In this document: in pieces, positions 26,946-35,735 of the stretch
Numbering within the stretch: the first letter of the stretch is position 1
How the letters are laid out: every line of letters begins with the position of its first letter
NCBI GenBank assembly: GCA_028718635.1
Contig: JAQULK010000001.1
Coordinates: 152,626-216,625 of the forward strand
Direction of reading: 5' to 3'
Length of the DNA stretch: 64,000 nt
From: Minisyncoccota bacterium
Lineage (GTDB): Bacteria; Patescibacteriota; Minisyncoccia; Phycocordibacterales; UBA9973
The notes under the pieces: generated by a model
The model's database searches: none
Seen by the model: only the letters and a program-made list of their open reading frames with translations
Told to the model about the DNA's origin: nothing
Made by a program: the position numbers and the translations under genes

Positions 26946-29201
26946 ATGAAAAAATATATGTCGGTTTTGTTTGTTTTTGCTTTATTCTTAACTTTATTAT
27001 TAAGTTTTAACGCTAAACCTGTGAGTGCAGCTAATTGTGCGTCTGGCGATTTATTTAATTCGGTAACTGGCCAAGCTTGTATTAGCACAAGTTTAGTTGT
27101 TTCTTGTCCAACTGGTGATATATTTAGTACAACAACAGGCAAGCGTTGTAATACATGGACAGAAAATACAGGAAATAATTCTATCCTAGATACTTTATTT
27201 AAACGACAACTTGCAATGGGCTCAAAAGGAGAAGATGTTAAAGTCGTCCAACAGATTTTAAAAGATGCTAATTTTCTTTCTGGAAAAGTTGATGGTATTT
27301 ATGGTCCCATAACTAAAAGCGCAGTGATGAAATATCAAGCAGAAAATAGTATTACTACAACAGGAGTAGTGGGTTCTGATACTTTAGAAAAAATAAAACT
27401 TACACCATGGCAAAAGATGTGTCCTTTGATTAATAGTACTTATGGAGTTTCTTATTCTTGTTCTTCAGTTGCGCCTGCTTGTGTATCTGAGGGTGGAAGT
27501 TTGGGCGCGGTAGTACCGGGAAATATTCCGCCTCCATCTTGCTGTCCAGGATTAATGGCTTATGCTCCTCGTGATATTGCAGGAACTTTTGGTACTTGTG
27601 TGAAATCTACCAACCAAACTCTAATAATTTCTGGAATAAGCGGACCAACTGTTTTAGATGTTGGGCAAACTGGCACTTGGACTGTAATGGCGAATGATTC
27701 AGAGCAAGGAGTTTTGTCTTATAATGTGAGTTGGGGAGACATAGCAAGTAGTGCTAGTGCTATGAGCGCGAACTTTGTTTCAACAGCCACCTTTTCTCAT
27801 ATTTATAATAATGTAGGAATTTACACGGCTAAATTTACCGTAAAGAATAGTCAAGGGCTTACTGCTGAAACAACCATTAACGTGAATGTGGTTGATTCTA
27901 CTTCCCCTGTTCTGTCTAAATATAAATGTTCAGAAACTGGTTGTGTTCAAGATGATGCTAACGGAACTTTTACATCTTCTACTTGTGATAATTCTTGTAA
28001 TGTCGGGGTAGTTCCAAAGTACAAGTGTGCTAATACCGGTTGTGTCCAAGATAATGTTAACGGAACTTTTACATCTTCTACTTGTAATAATATGTGTTCA
28101 CCATCTTGTGTTAAAGCAACATCATGCCCTCAGGGAATAATTTGTGGAGCTTGGACTGATGGGTGTGGGGGGTATATAGGTTGTGGAAACTGCAATTTTG
28201 GATATTATTGCGGCGAGCATCAAAAAGTATGTGAACGTCAATTTCCTTCTGGTCCACGCACTATAAGCACTTCAGGAGGTTCAAATTTAAAAGTTGTAAG
28301 TAATCTAGCGGGGATAAATTGTGGACAAGGAGGGACTCAATGTAGAGCAACTTTTAATGAATCTGATACTGTTATATTGACAGCAACACCTAGTACGGGC
28401 TATTCATTTATGGGATGGTCTGGGTATACGAATGCTCAATACCCATTACTTCCAGGGTTTGGAAGTGATTGTGCCACTAAAAGTGGAACATGCACAATTA
28501 CAATGTCGACATTAATGACTGATGTGAATGTTGGAGCGTCAGTAGAACTGACACCCGGAACTACTTATTATGATTTGGTTGTAAAAAATGGGTGGGGAAA
28601 GATTACCGGTAATAAAGGAACGATAGAGTGCGAAGGTGCCGGAAATAATAAAATATGCAGACAGAGATATAATGTTGGGGATTTGGTAACTCTTATAGCT
28701 CAAGTAACAGATCCAATTTATACATTTAAAAGGTGGACTGCCGGATGTAGTTGCGAGAATGGTTGTTCTCAGGAGCCGTCTGGATGTTCTACAAACGGCA
28801 CTTGTTCTTTAACTATTCCTCAATCAACACAAAGTGATCTAATAGCCGGAATCGATGCTTGTTTTGTCGCGCCGGCGAATTATAAAAAAATAACCGTTAG
28901 CGCGCAGTTTGTTGGGGGGTATGTATCTGATAGTATTGGGAAAATGCAATGCGGGGTAAAAGCAGGTTCAAGTATGTGGGCATGCGGTTATGATTATTCT
29001 CCAACAAGTGTGATAAAATTTACCGCTCATCCAGAAGCCGGTTATAAATTCAATGGGTGGTCGGGATATAGGAATAGTCAGGGTTTGGTCGGAGGGTTTG
29101 GAAGTGATTGTGCAGACTTGTCGGCAGGTACTTGCACGGTAAATATGAGCGCGATGACTATTTCTAGTGTTAATATAGGTTGGTCTTTCGCAAGACAATA
29201 A
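26946..29201 (+). CDS. Secreted Cys-rich repeat protein with peptidoglycan-binding domain and Listeria-Bacteroides (InlB B-repeat-like) repeats
   Basis: Signal peptide MKKYMSVLFVFALFLTLLLSFNAKPVSA; PG_binding_1-like segment (KGEDVKVVQQILK...VDGIYGPITKSAVMKYQ); tandem 35-aa Cys repeats (KYKC..TGCVQD..NGTFTSSTC.N.C); two GY.F.GWSGY...GFGSDCA...GTCT modules. Confidence 0.7.
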   Translation: MKKYMSVLFVFALFLTLLLSFNAKPVSAANCASGDLFNSVTGQACISTSLVVSCPTGDIFSTTTGKRCNTWTENTGNNSILDTLFKRQLAMGSKGEDVKVVQQILKDANFLSGKVDGIYGPITKSAVMKYQAENSITTTGVVGSDTLEKIKLTPWQKMCPLINSTYGVSYSCSSVAPACVSEGGSLGAVVPGNIPPPSCCPGLMAYAPRDIAGTFGTCVKSTNQTLIISGISGPTVLDVGQTGTWTVMANDSEQGVLSYNVSWGDIASSASAMSANFVSTATFSHIYNNVGIYTAKFTVKNSQGLTAETTINVNVVDSTSPVLSKYKCSETGCVQDDANGTFTSSTCDNSCNVGVVPKYKCANTGCVQDNVNGTFTSSTCNNMCSPSCVKATSCPQGIICGAWTDGCGGYIGCGNCNFGYYCGEHQKVCERQFPSGPRTISTSGGSNLKVVSNLAGINCGQGGTQCRATFNESDTVILTATPSTGYSFMGWSGYTNAQYPLLPGFGSDCATKSGTCTITMSTLMTDVNVGASVELTPGTTYYDLVVKNGWGKITGNKGTIECEGAGNNKICRQRYNVGDLVTLIAQVTDPIYTFKRWTAGCSCENGCSQEPSGCSTNGTCSLTIPQSTQSDLIAGIDACFVAPANYKKITVSAQFVGGYVSDSIGKMQCGVKAGSSMWACGYDYSPTSVIKFTAHPEAGYKFNGWSGYRNSQGLVGGFGSDCADLSAGTCTVNMSAMTISSVNIGWSFARQ

Positions 29202-29225
29202 ACAGATCATTCGTTTGATTGTTTC

Positions 29226-31310
29226 TTAATGCTCTATTTTAGTGGTGATAGTTTTCTTCGTAAATGGTTCGGTATAACCAAACAAATATCGTGCCAAGAA
29301 GATGAGAACGAGGATCAGAACGATTAGCAAGAGCCAGCCGAATAGATTTGTCGGGAAGAATCCAGCCCAGAAAGCGTTTGCTCCGAGGGGTACAACAATT
29401 TCATTTTCTGGATTACTCCAAACTTGTGCGGAAACATTTGCGCTTACTGATTGGTTTTGACCGGAAGGATCAGTGTAGTTCAAAGTTGCAGGGAAATTTA
29501 AGTTCGTTCCAGCAGGAATATTTTCTCGCACTCGAGTCCTGATGGTTACTGTCCCTTTGCCATTTGCTTTGAGTGTTCCTAGATTGAAGATTAAGGTATT
29601 GCCAGAGATAATCGGATTATTTGGATTAGAAGACAGATAATCTACTTCAAAAGGAAGATTTATTTGCAGATTAAGATTGGTAATTGACCCTGTGCCAATA
29701 TTTTGATAACTCACAGTGTAATTAATCTCATCTCCTGGGCGCGGTCTGGTGTTGTCTATGGTAGGAACTATTGGTTGATTGCGATCGATAGAAGAAGTGA
29801 TAAGCACGAGCGAAGTCGGAGTAGGTTTTGGACCAACGGGATTTCGAACACTTATTGTTTCTGAATCAGTAGCAGATCCAAAACTATTGCTACAGGTAAG
29901 GGTATAAGATTTACTACTCGTTAGTGATCCAGTGAAAAAACTTCCCGGACCAATACTTTTTGCTCCTGCCCAGCCGACAGATCCACCGCTTGCATAACAA
30001 GAAGTTGCATTGGTGGTAATCCAGCGAACAGTGGCAGTTCCATTATAAGGAACACTCACTTTATCTGAATAGACTGTTACCGTAGGTTGGTTATTTACAG
30101 CCCTATAGATACAAGGCAATACCCCTCTGTAATTTATAGCGTTAGGGTCTTGGCATACCTGAATATAATTATTGTAGGTACAAGGCAATACTCCCCCATA
30201 ATTATTAGCATTTCTGTCTAAGCAAGTTTGCTGTACTTGATTCACATATACCGTCGCAGAAGCGGTGGCACTCAAGCCGTTCGTTCCGTAACAAGTAATG
30301 CTGTAGGTGGTAGTGACATTTGGCACGACAATTCCAGAACCGGAAGTGGCATTACTGTTCATCCAGTAACCGGAACAGGAAGTAGCATTGGTAGAATACC
30401 AGGTCAAGGTAGAGTTTTGTCCAGATTGGATACTTGAAGGGCTAGCGTACAGAGTAACGGTAGGATTTGCGTTTTGGTATCTGCAAGGCAATGAACCACC
30501 GTAGTTTATCGCATTCGGATCTTGGCAAGTCTGTTGTGCTTGATTCACGTACACAGTAGCTTGTGCTGTAGCGCTCAAGCCGCTGGCGCCGTAACAAGTG
30601 ATACTGTATGTGGTGGTAATATTTGGTACGACAATACCGAAACCATTCGTAGCGGTACTTGAAGTCCAGTATGCGGAACAGGAAGTTGCGTTTGTGGAAT
30701 TCCAGGTCAAATTAGAGTTTTGTCCAGATTGGATAGTCGTCGGATTAGCATTCAAGGTAACAGTGGGTTGCTGAACTGGGCAAGGTGCAGTTGTATATGA
30801 TTGACTAGATGGTCCAGAACAATAGGCTCCTCCGTTAGCTGGAGCTGGATTAGTACAAGTGCGAGTTTGAGTGCCGGTGTATCCACATTGAGTAGACTGA
30901 GGACTCCAATCACTCCAGCCTCCGTTTATGGGAGTTGGGGTTGGGGTACAAGCGGGAGTGGTAATAGATTTAATACCACCAGTGTTAGTGCCGTAATTAT
31001 TTGTTACTATGAGTTCGAAATAATAGGTGGTACTTGGAGACAGGTTAGCGACAAATTGTTCAATTGGAAAAGTTCCTTCTGTATAAAAATATTTTGTCTC
31101 AGTTACCATTCCTCCACCGTTTTGCACGGTAGTAAAATCTGGACTGTATATAAACCTAGCATAGGCAGGAGGGGTGCCGGTAGTTACGTCACCAACAAAG
31201 GTTGCACTATTGCAAGTCAAAGCGGAAGCCTTAGATGGAATTATAAAAAAGCTAAAGAGTGCAAAGACACTCAATATCAACCCGATCGACAATTTTATTT
31301 TTTTATTCAT
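29226..31310 (-). CDS. Surface protein with signal peptide, Ig-like tandem repeats, DUF11-like domain and C-terminal TM anchor
   Basis: Signal peptide MNKKIKLSIGLILSVFALFSFFIIPSKASA; three copies of an 80-aa repeat (QPTVT..A.P..IQSGQNS.LTW.STNATSC..YW...); DUF11-like segment; C-terminal hydrophobic helix. Tandem DNA repeats of about 250 bp lie inside the gene. Confidence 0.7.
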   Translation of the reverse strand: MNKKIKLSIGLILSVFALFSFFIIPSKASALTCNSATFVGDVTTGTPPAYARFIYSPDFTTVQNGGGMVTETKYFYTEGTFPIEQFVANLSPSTTYYFELIVTNNYGTNTGGIKSITTPACTPTPTPINGGWSDWSPQSTQCGYTGTQTRTCTNPAPANGGAYCSGPSSQSYTTAPCPVQQPTVTLNANPTTIQSGQNSNLTWNSTNATSCSAYWTSSTATNGFGIVVPNITTTYSITCYGASGLSATAQATVYVNQAQQTCQDPNAINYGGSLPCRYQNANPTVTLYASPSSIQSGQNSTLTWYSTNATSCSGYWMNSNATSGSGIVVPNVTTTYSITCYGTNGLSATASATVYVNQVQQTCLDRNANNYGGVLPCTYNNYIQVCQDPNAINYRGVLPCIYRAVNNQPTVTVYSDKVSVPYNGTATVRWITTNATSCYASGGSVGWAGAKSIGPGSFFTGSLTSSKSYTLTCSNSFGSATDSETISVRNPVGPKPTPTSLVLITSSIDRNQPIVPTIDNTRPRPGDEINYTVSYQNIGTGSITNLNLQINLPFEVDYLSSNPNNPIISGNTLIFNLGTLKANGKGTVTIRTRVRENIPAGTNLNFPATLNYTDPSGQNQSVSANVSAQVWSNPENEIVVPLGANAFWAGFFPTNLFGWLLLIVLILVLIFLARYLFGYTEPFTKKTITTKIEH
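29880..30700. repeat. Tandem ~250-bp direct repeats (2 full plus 1 partial) within the surface protein gene 29226..31310
   Basis: Long near-identical DNA blocks (e.g. ...CAAGGCAATGAACCACCGTAGTTTATCGCATTCGGATCTTGGCAAGTCTG... vs ...CAAGGCAATACTCCCCCATAATTATTAGCATTTCTGTCTAAGCAAGTTTG...) encoding the repeated QPTVT...TW.STNATSC module. Confidence 0.6.
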
Positions 31311-31509
31311 GTTGTTTTTGCCTCTTTAGAGGTAGTTATTTTTTTAATTTTAAAGTAAAAATTCGACATTTTTACTTTCCGGAATTATGAATCTTAAACT
31401 AGCACTAATTCATAACTTTGGAAAGTAGTGGAGTTTCGTGTGTAAACAAACGAAACTCCACTATGATGTTAGCATTCCCAGAAATATAACTTAAGGAATG
31501 CCTAGAAAT

Positions 31510-32325
31510 TTAGCGACCACCGATGGTGTTGGCACCGGGGCCGACTCCTCCTCCGCGGTGTCCGCCACCACCACCTCGGTTGCCACCGCGTTGACCACCG
31601 TTGTTGAAGTTGTTGTTTATAACAACTCTTCCCCCCCTACCTCCTCTTCCGCTTTCTGTGGGGTAGTATACTGGACCGTTGCCCGGATAGTATACTGAAC
31701 CACTATAAGAAGGGGGATTACAGATGGGTCCAGCTGTAAAGCCGATGAACCCAAAAGGTCCTACGTCGACCCCAACACCATGCCTTGCGCATGGGTCCTC
31801 ATACTGTTGAGGTTGTGTTGCCGGTGCCGGTTGTTGTGCCGGCACGTTTACCATGATCACGGTCGGGGTGGTAGACGCTGGCTGGGTCACCACCTGCGAC
31901 TGGGTCATGTTTTGCGCCAGCTTTTGTGCTGGCTGCGAGGTGGGGGTAGCCGGGGGGCCGTAGGAAATCCCGTCTATAGGATTTCCGCAGTCGTCACGGG
32001 CGATGGGTCTTATAAGGACCCCATCTTTGGCTTCCCAGCGCAGGACTGTCCCAATTTCTTGCCCTACCCACTGCCAGCCGGCCGTAGTCAGCATGTGTGC
32101 GCAGAGATCCCTCTCTGTCGGAGCGGCGACTATTGTCGTCCCATTGACAGGATTTTTTCCCTTGAGACCGAAATATTTCGGCTCGTAGGAAGTGAAATCC
32201 TTTGTCGGCAATGAGTTTTCACACTTTGCCTTATCATTTCCGAAAAACCTCTGCTTTTCCGCGTTAGCAAACGCGGAATACAACAGTACGGTAGCCACTA
32301 GTGTGGCTAGGAATAGCTTTTTCAT
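31510..32325 (-). CDS. Secreted protein with Gly/Arg-rich C-terminal tail (unknown function)
   Basis: Start set at MKKLFLATLVATVLLYSAFA (signal peptide) with a strong SD AAGGAGG. C-terminus is GRGGRGGR...GGQRGGNRGGGGGHRGGG. A strong promoter lies upstream. Confidence 0.6.
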   Translation of the reverse strand: MKKLFLATLVATVLLYSAFANAEKQRFFGNDKAKCENSLPTKDFTSYEPKYFGLKGKNPVNGTTIVAAPTERDLCAHMLTTAGWQWVGQEIGTVLRWEAKDGVLIRPIARDDCGNPIDGISYGPPATPTSQPAQKLAQNMTQSQVVTQPASTTPTVIMVNVPAQQPAPATQPQQYEDPCARHGVGVDVGPFGFIGFTAGPICNPPSYSGSVYYPGNGPVYYPTESGRGGRGGRVVINNNFNNGGQRGGNRGGGGGHRGGGVGPGANTIGGR

Positions 32326-32398
32326 GGCTATTACCTCCTTTTTTATTAAAAAATTTATAGAACTTGTGAGGGAAATCCCCACTCCTTTTCCACCTAGG

Positions 32399-32431
32399 AT
32401 TGTATCATACCTTGACAAAAATGTCAATCTG
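32399..32431 (-). promoter_or_regulatory. Near-consensus sigma70-type promoter (TTGACA-17-TACAAT) for the Gly/Arg-rich secreted protein gene, with a palindromic -35 region TTGACAAAAATGTCAA
   Basis: Minus strand reads GATTGACATTTTTGTCAAGGTATGATACAAT about 65 nt upstream of the ATG at 32325. Confidence 0.6.
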
Positions 32432-32641
32432 TGAAAACTATCCCAAAACTCCTCTTCATTTTTATAAAAAATTATTAAATTCCTGATTAAGTTTGAATTT
32501 TAAGTAAAAAATACATTTGTGCCCTCGGCAGGGTAATCTTTCCTTACAGGAACAGTATACCTTTTACATTTTTTATAAATAAAAAATAAGTAAAAGCCTT
32601 TCGCTTCCTGCAAGAAGCCAAGAAGTTGGCTTCACTCGTGC

Positions 32642-32716
32642 TGGTGCCCTCGGCAGGAATCGAACCTGCATCACAACTTCCGCAAAGTTGCGTCCTATCC
32701 ATTGAACGACGAAGGC
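32642..32716 (-). tRNA. tRNA-Arg (anticodon reads GCG as parsed; CCA encoded)
   Basis: Cloverleaf on the minus strand: acceptor GCCTTCG/CGAGGGC, anticodon stem CAACT/AGTTG with loop TTGCGGA, T arm GCAGGTTCGATTCCTGC. Confidence 0.7.
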
Positions 32717-32849
32717 ATAATTTCTTTGGTAGTTTTAGATTAACAGTTTTTTGTTTTAAGGTAAAGATGCAACCCCCTAAATCCCCCTTGTCAGGGGGAC
32801 TATAAGAATTTTCCCTCCTTGATAAGGGAGGGCAGGGAGGGTTGTATTT

Positions 32850-33344
32850 CTAAAACCCCAAGGCCTCCATTATTTTTTCTGAAGCATGTTCTTTCATTTC
32901 CACTTCTGGAATATTTTTTGAAAGCATTATGGAGTGAATATCTTCTGCTATTGCTTCAGCTATTGGGATAGAGAGAATAGGCATAAAAGCTCTTTCTGAA
33001 TGAATGAAAAGGATTGGTTTAATACCTGCTTCAGGATGTTCTCCTAATTGAACCCAAAAGGATTTTATATTTTCAAAAGGATAAAGGCGGTTTCTAATGA
33101 TCAAGCCCTTTTGATTTAATTCATAGGTGATCGTATCTGGTTTTTTAATGGCAAAAAATCCGAGCAGGATTCCAGCAAGAATAATTAAAGCTGCAAAAAA
33201 ATAATTTTCAAAAATAATAGAAGCGATGGAGCTTGTCACCACAATGATGCCGAGCGCCCAAAACCAATCCGAGGTTCGATCTTTCTCTTCGTATTCCAAG
33301 GCAGACCAAACTAATTTTTCATCTGATCTTTCGATTATTTCCAT
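32850..33344 (-). CDS. Hypothetical membrane protein (2 TM)
   Basis: ORF with two hydrophobic helices. Its ATG is provided by the end of a MITE-like repeat. Confidence 0.5.
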   Translation of the reverse strand: MEIIERSDEKLVWSALEYEEKDRTSDWFWALGIIVVTSSIASIIFENYFFAALIILAGILLGFFAIKKPDTITYELNQKGLIIRNRLYPFENIKSFWVQLGEHPEAGIKPILFIHSERAFMPILSIPIAEAIAEDIHSIMLSKNIPEVEMKEHASEKIMEALGF

Positions 33345-33466
33345 CCCGTTAGAAGCAGATCGCGATCAACTCGCGTATCTGATATATTAGGTTATTAATT
33401 TTCTCAATACTTGGTTTCATGTTTTTGTTTGTTTTAAAATTGCGATCGCGGCTTCTAACGGGATCC
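33342..33466 (-). mobile_element. MITE-like ~125-bp element, copy A, with ~22-bp terminal inverted repeats (ATCCCGTTAGAAGC.GATCGCGATC)
   Basis: About 85% identical over its full length to the reverse complement of 59112..59236; termini CATCCCGTTAGAAGC...GCTTCTAACGGGATCC. Confidence 0.7.
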
Positions 33467-33530
33467 ATAAAGTAATTGTAACATATTTTCGAAAAGTTGT
33501 GTTTTGTCATTCGCAGTATATAATGAAACG

Positions 33531-34973
33531 ATGCAAATCAACACAATTTTAATGAGAATAAGGGCGTTTTTTACCAAAAAGAAGATTATTTGGACAATCG
33601 TTATATTAGTCCTATTGTTTTTGGGCTACCTTATTTTTGGCAAAAAATCTAACACCAGCAACATTCAAACCGTTTTGGTTAAACAGCAAGATATCCAAAA
33701 AACAGTTCTAGCCACCGGACAAGTCGTCAGTTCTACGGATTTAGATTTGAGCTGGCAATCAAGCGGAGTAGTGAAAAAAGTTTTGGTAAAAGAAGGAGAT
33801 GTGGTGCACGCCGGAGAAGTACTAGCAGAACAAGACACGAGCGATCTTGTAGCTCAATTGCACAATGCGCAAGCTGGTTTGGTTTTAGCACAAGAGCGTG
33901 CGTCTTCTTCAAAAAGTAATCTCGCAAACGTAACTGCTGAGCAAAACATCCTCGTCCAAAACGCCCACCGCACTCTCCTAAACTCCACCCTTTCTGTTCT
34001 AACAGTCGGAGACTATAGCGGTTCGGATGCTCCAACAGTTTCCGGAACCTACAGCTGTGATCAAGAAGGAACTTATGACTTAAAAACTTATGGTTCAGCA
34101 GGCGGTGTTTCTGTAAACTACTCTGGGCTAGAACAAGGATCTCTGTTGTTAACCGATATTCCAAGACCTATGGGAAACTGTGGACTCTTTCTATCTTTTG
34201 ATAAAACCAAGACTTTACAATCTGGAGTTGAATTTAAGATAAACATTCCGAACAAAACTGCTACCAATTACAATACCAACTACAATGCTTACCAACTCGC
34301 TTTACAGAATCGAGATACTGCTATTGCGGGGGCGGAGGCAAATGTGGGAGTCACTGATTCTGTAGCTGAAGCGCAAATTGCTCAAGCGCAAGCCAGCGTG
34401 GATAGTATTTTAATAAAAATTCAGAATGCTAAAATTATTGCTCCTACGAGCGGTACGATTACCCAGGTGGATATAAAAGTTGGGGAATTGGCGCAGGCCT
34501 CAAAAGAAGCGCTAAAATTATTAAATGTCGGAGAATTGCATGCCGAAGCTTTGGTTAGTGAAGCTGACATTGCCTCTGTCGCCGTAGGTCAATCAATCGA
34601 CAATACTTTTGATGCGCTTGGTCCGGATAAACATTTTACAACCAAAGTGCTTACAGTGAATCCTGCCTCCACTGTTATTTCTGGCGTAGTCAATTACAAA
34701 GTGACTGGTAGTTTGGAAAAAATTCCTGAGATCAAGCCTGGCATGACCGACAACATGACGATAACCGTGGCGGAAAAGAAAAATGTATTAGTGATTCCAA
34801 ACAGCGCGATCATAAACAAAGACAACAAGCGCATTGTAAGAGTGATCAATGATCCGAAAACGAAAACTTACACCGAAGTGCCGGTGGAAACAGGACTCGA
34901 AGCAGATGGTGGGCTGACAGAGATTATGTCTGGGCTCAGCCTAGGGCAGGAGGTGGTAACTTTTATTAAATAG
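33531..34973 (+). CDS. HlyD-family membrane fusion protein (efflux periplasmic adaptor)
   Basis: N-terminal TM anchor, coiled-coil and beta-barrel/lipoyl-like regions typical of MFP. First gene of an MFP-ABC-permease-permease module. TATAAT lies 8 nt upstream of the ATG at 33531. Confidence 0.75.
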   Translation: MQINTILMRIRAFFTKKKIIWTIVILVLLFLGYLIFGKKSNTSNIQTVLVKQQDIQKTVLATGQVVSSTDLDLSWQSSGVVKKVLVKEGDVVHAGEVLAEQDTSDLVAQLHNAQAGLVLAQERASSSKSNLANVTAEQNILVQNAHRTLLNSTLSVLTVGDYSGSDAPTVSGTYSCDQEGTYDLKTYGSAGGVSVNYSGLEQGSLLLTDIPRPMGNCGLFLSFDKTKTLQSGVEFKINIPNKTATNYNTNYNAYQLALQNRDTAIAGAEANVGVTDSVAEAQIAQAQASVDSILIKIQNAKIIAPTSGTITQVDIKVGELAQASKEALKLLNVGELHAEALVSEADIASVAVGQSIDNTFDALGPDKHFTTKVLTVNPASTVISGVVNYKVTGSLEKIPEIKPGMTDNMTITVAEKKNVLVIPNSAIINKDNKRIVRVINDPKTKTYTEVPVETGLEADGGLTEIMSGLSLGQEVVTFIK

Positions 34974-35006
34974 AATTTTGATTCTTATAATGTTTTTTGC
35001 TTTGTT

Positions 35007-35723
35007 ATGCCTCTGATAAAAATAGAAAATTTAACTAAAGATTATGAGAGCGGAGGAATTGTCACTTCTGTTTTACGAGGAGTGGATTTTGTCATGGAGC
35101 AAGGAGAATTTGTGGCTATTATGGGGCCGTCCGGGTCTGGGAAGTCGACCTTGATGCACATATTGAGTTTTTTAGACAAGCCGACTGCTGGGTCGTACGA
35201 GTTTGAAGGACAGGATACGAAAGATTTTGATAAGGATTATCTCGCCAAACTCCGAAACGAGCGCATTGGATTCGTCTTTCAATCATTCAATCTGCTCGCG
35301 CGCACTACAGTGCTAGATAACGTGAAGTTGCCACTATCCTACAGCAATAAAAAAGATCACGATAGTTTGGCTAAAAAGGCTTTAGCAGACGTGGGTCTTT
35401 CTCATCGTCTTGATTATTTTACTAACCAAATTTCCGGAGGAGAAAAACAGCGTGTCGCCATAGCGAGAGCTTTAGTCTGCGACCCGGCAGTTATTTTTGC
35501 CGATGAGCCGACCGGCAACCTTGATTCAAAATCAGGCAATGCAGTTTTGGAAATTTTACAAAAATTAAATGATAAGGGGCACACTATTATCTTGGTAACT
35601 CACGAGATGGACACGGCGAATCATGCCAAAAGAATAATCTACATCAAAGACGGCATGATTATCGGAGATGAAAAAGTATTAAAGCGAACGATGGCCACTT
35701 CGGACGGAGAATTAAAGAAGTAG
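35007..35723 (+). CDS. ABC transporter ATP-binding protein (MacB/LolD type)
   Basis: Walker [10 protein letters not shown], signature ISGGEKQRV, Walker B IFADEPT. Confidence 0.9.
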   Translation: MPLIKIENLTKDYESGGIVTSVLRGVDFVMEQGEFVAIMGPSGSGKSTLMHILSFLDKPTAGSYEFEGQDTKDFDKDYLAKLRNERIGFVFQSFNLLARTTVLDNVKLPLSYSNKKDHDSLAKKALADVGLSHRLDYFTNQISGGEKQRVAIARALVCDPAVIFADEPTGNLDSKSGNAVLEILQKLNDKGHTIILVTHEMDTANHAKRIIYIKDGMIIGDEKVLKRTMATSDGELKK

Positions 35724-35735
35724 CATAAATTTTAC

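Noticed and set aside
29880-30700. Possible CRISPR array (regular repeats)
   Set aside because: The only regularly spaced long repeats are 250-bp coding repeats inside a surface protein gene. No short (24-40 bp) repeats separated by unique spacers and no cas genes were seen anywhere in the window.
32326-32641. Possible RNase P RNA, tmRNA or SRP RNA in the long spacers (32326..32641, 48317..48500, 61646..62039)
   Set aside because: None of the hallmark conserved strings (e.g. AGGAAAGTCC-type RNase P P4 sequence, or a tRNA-like 3' end with GGTTCGA...CCA outside annotated tRNAs) were found. Structure in these spacers is better explained by promoters, tRNA fragments and repeats.
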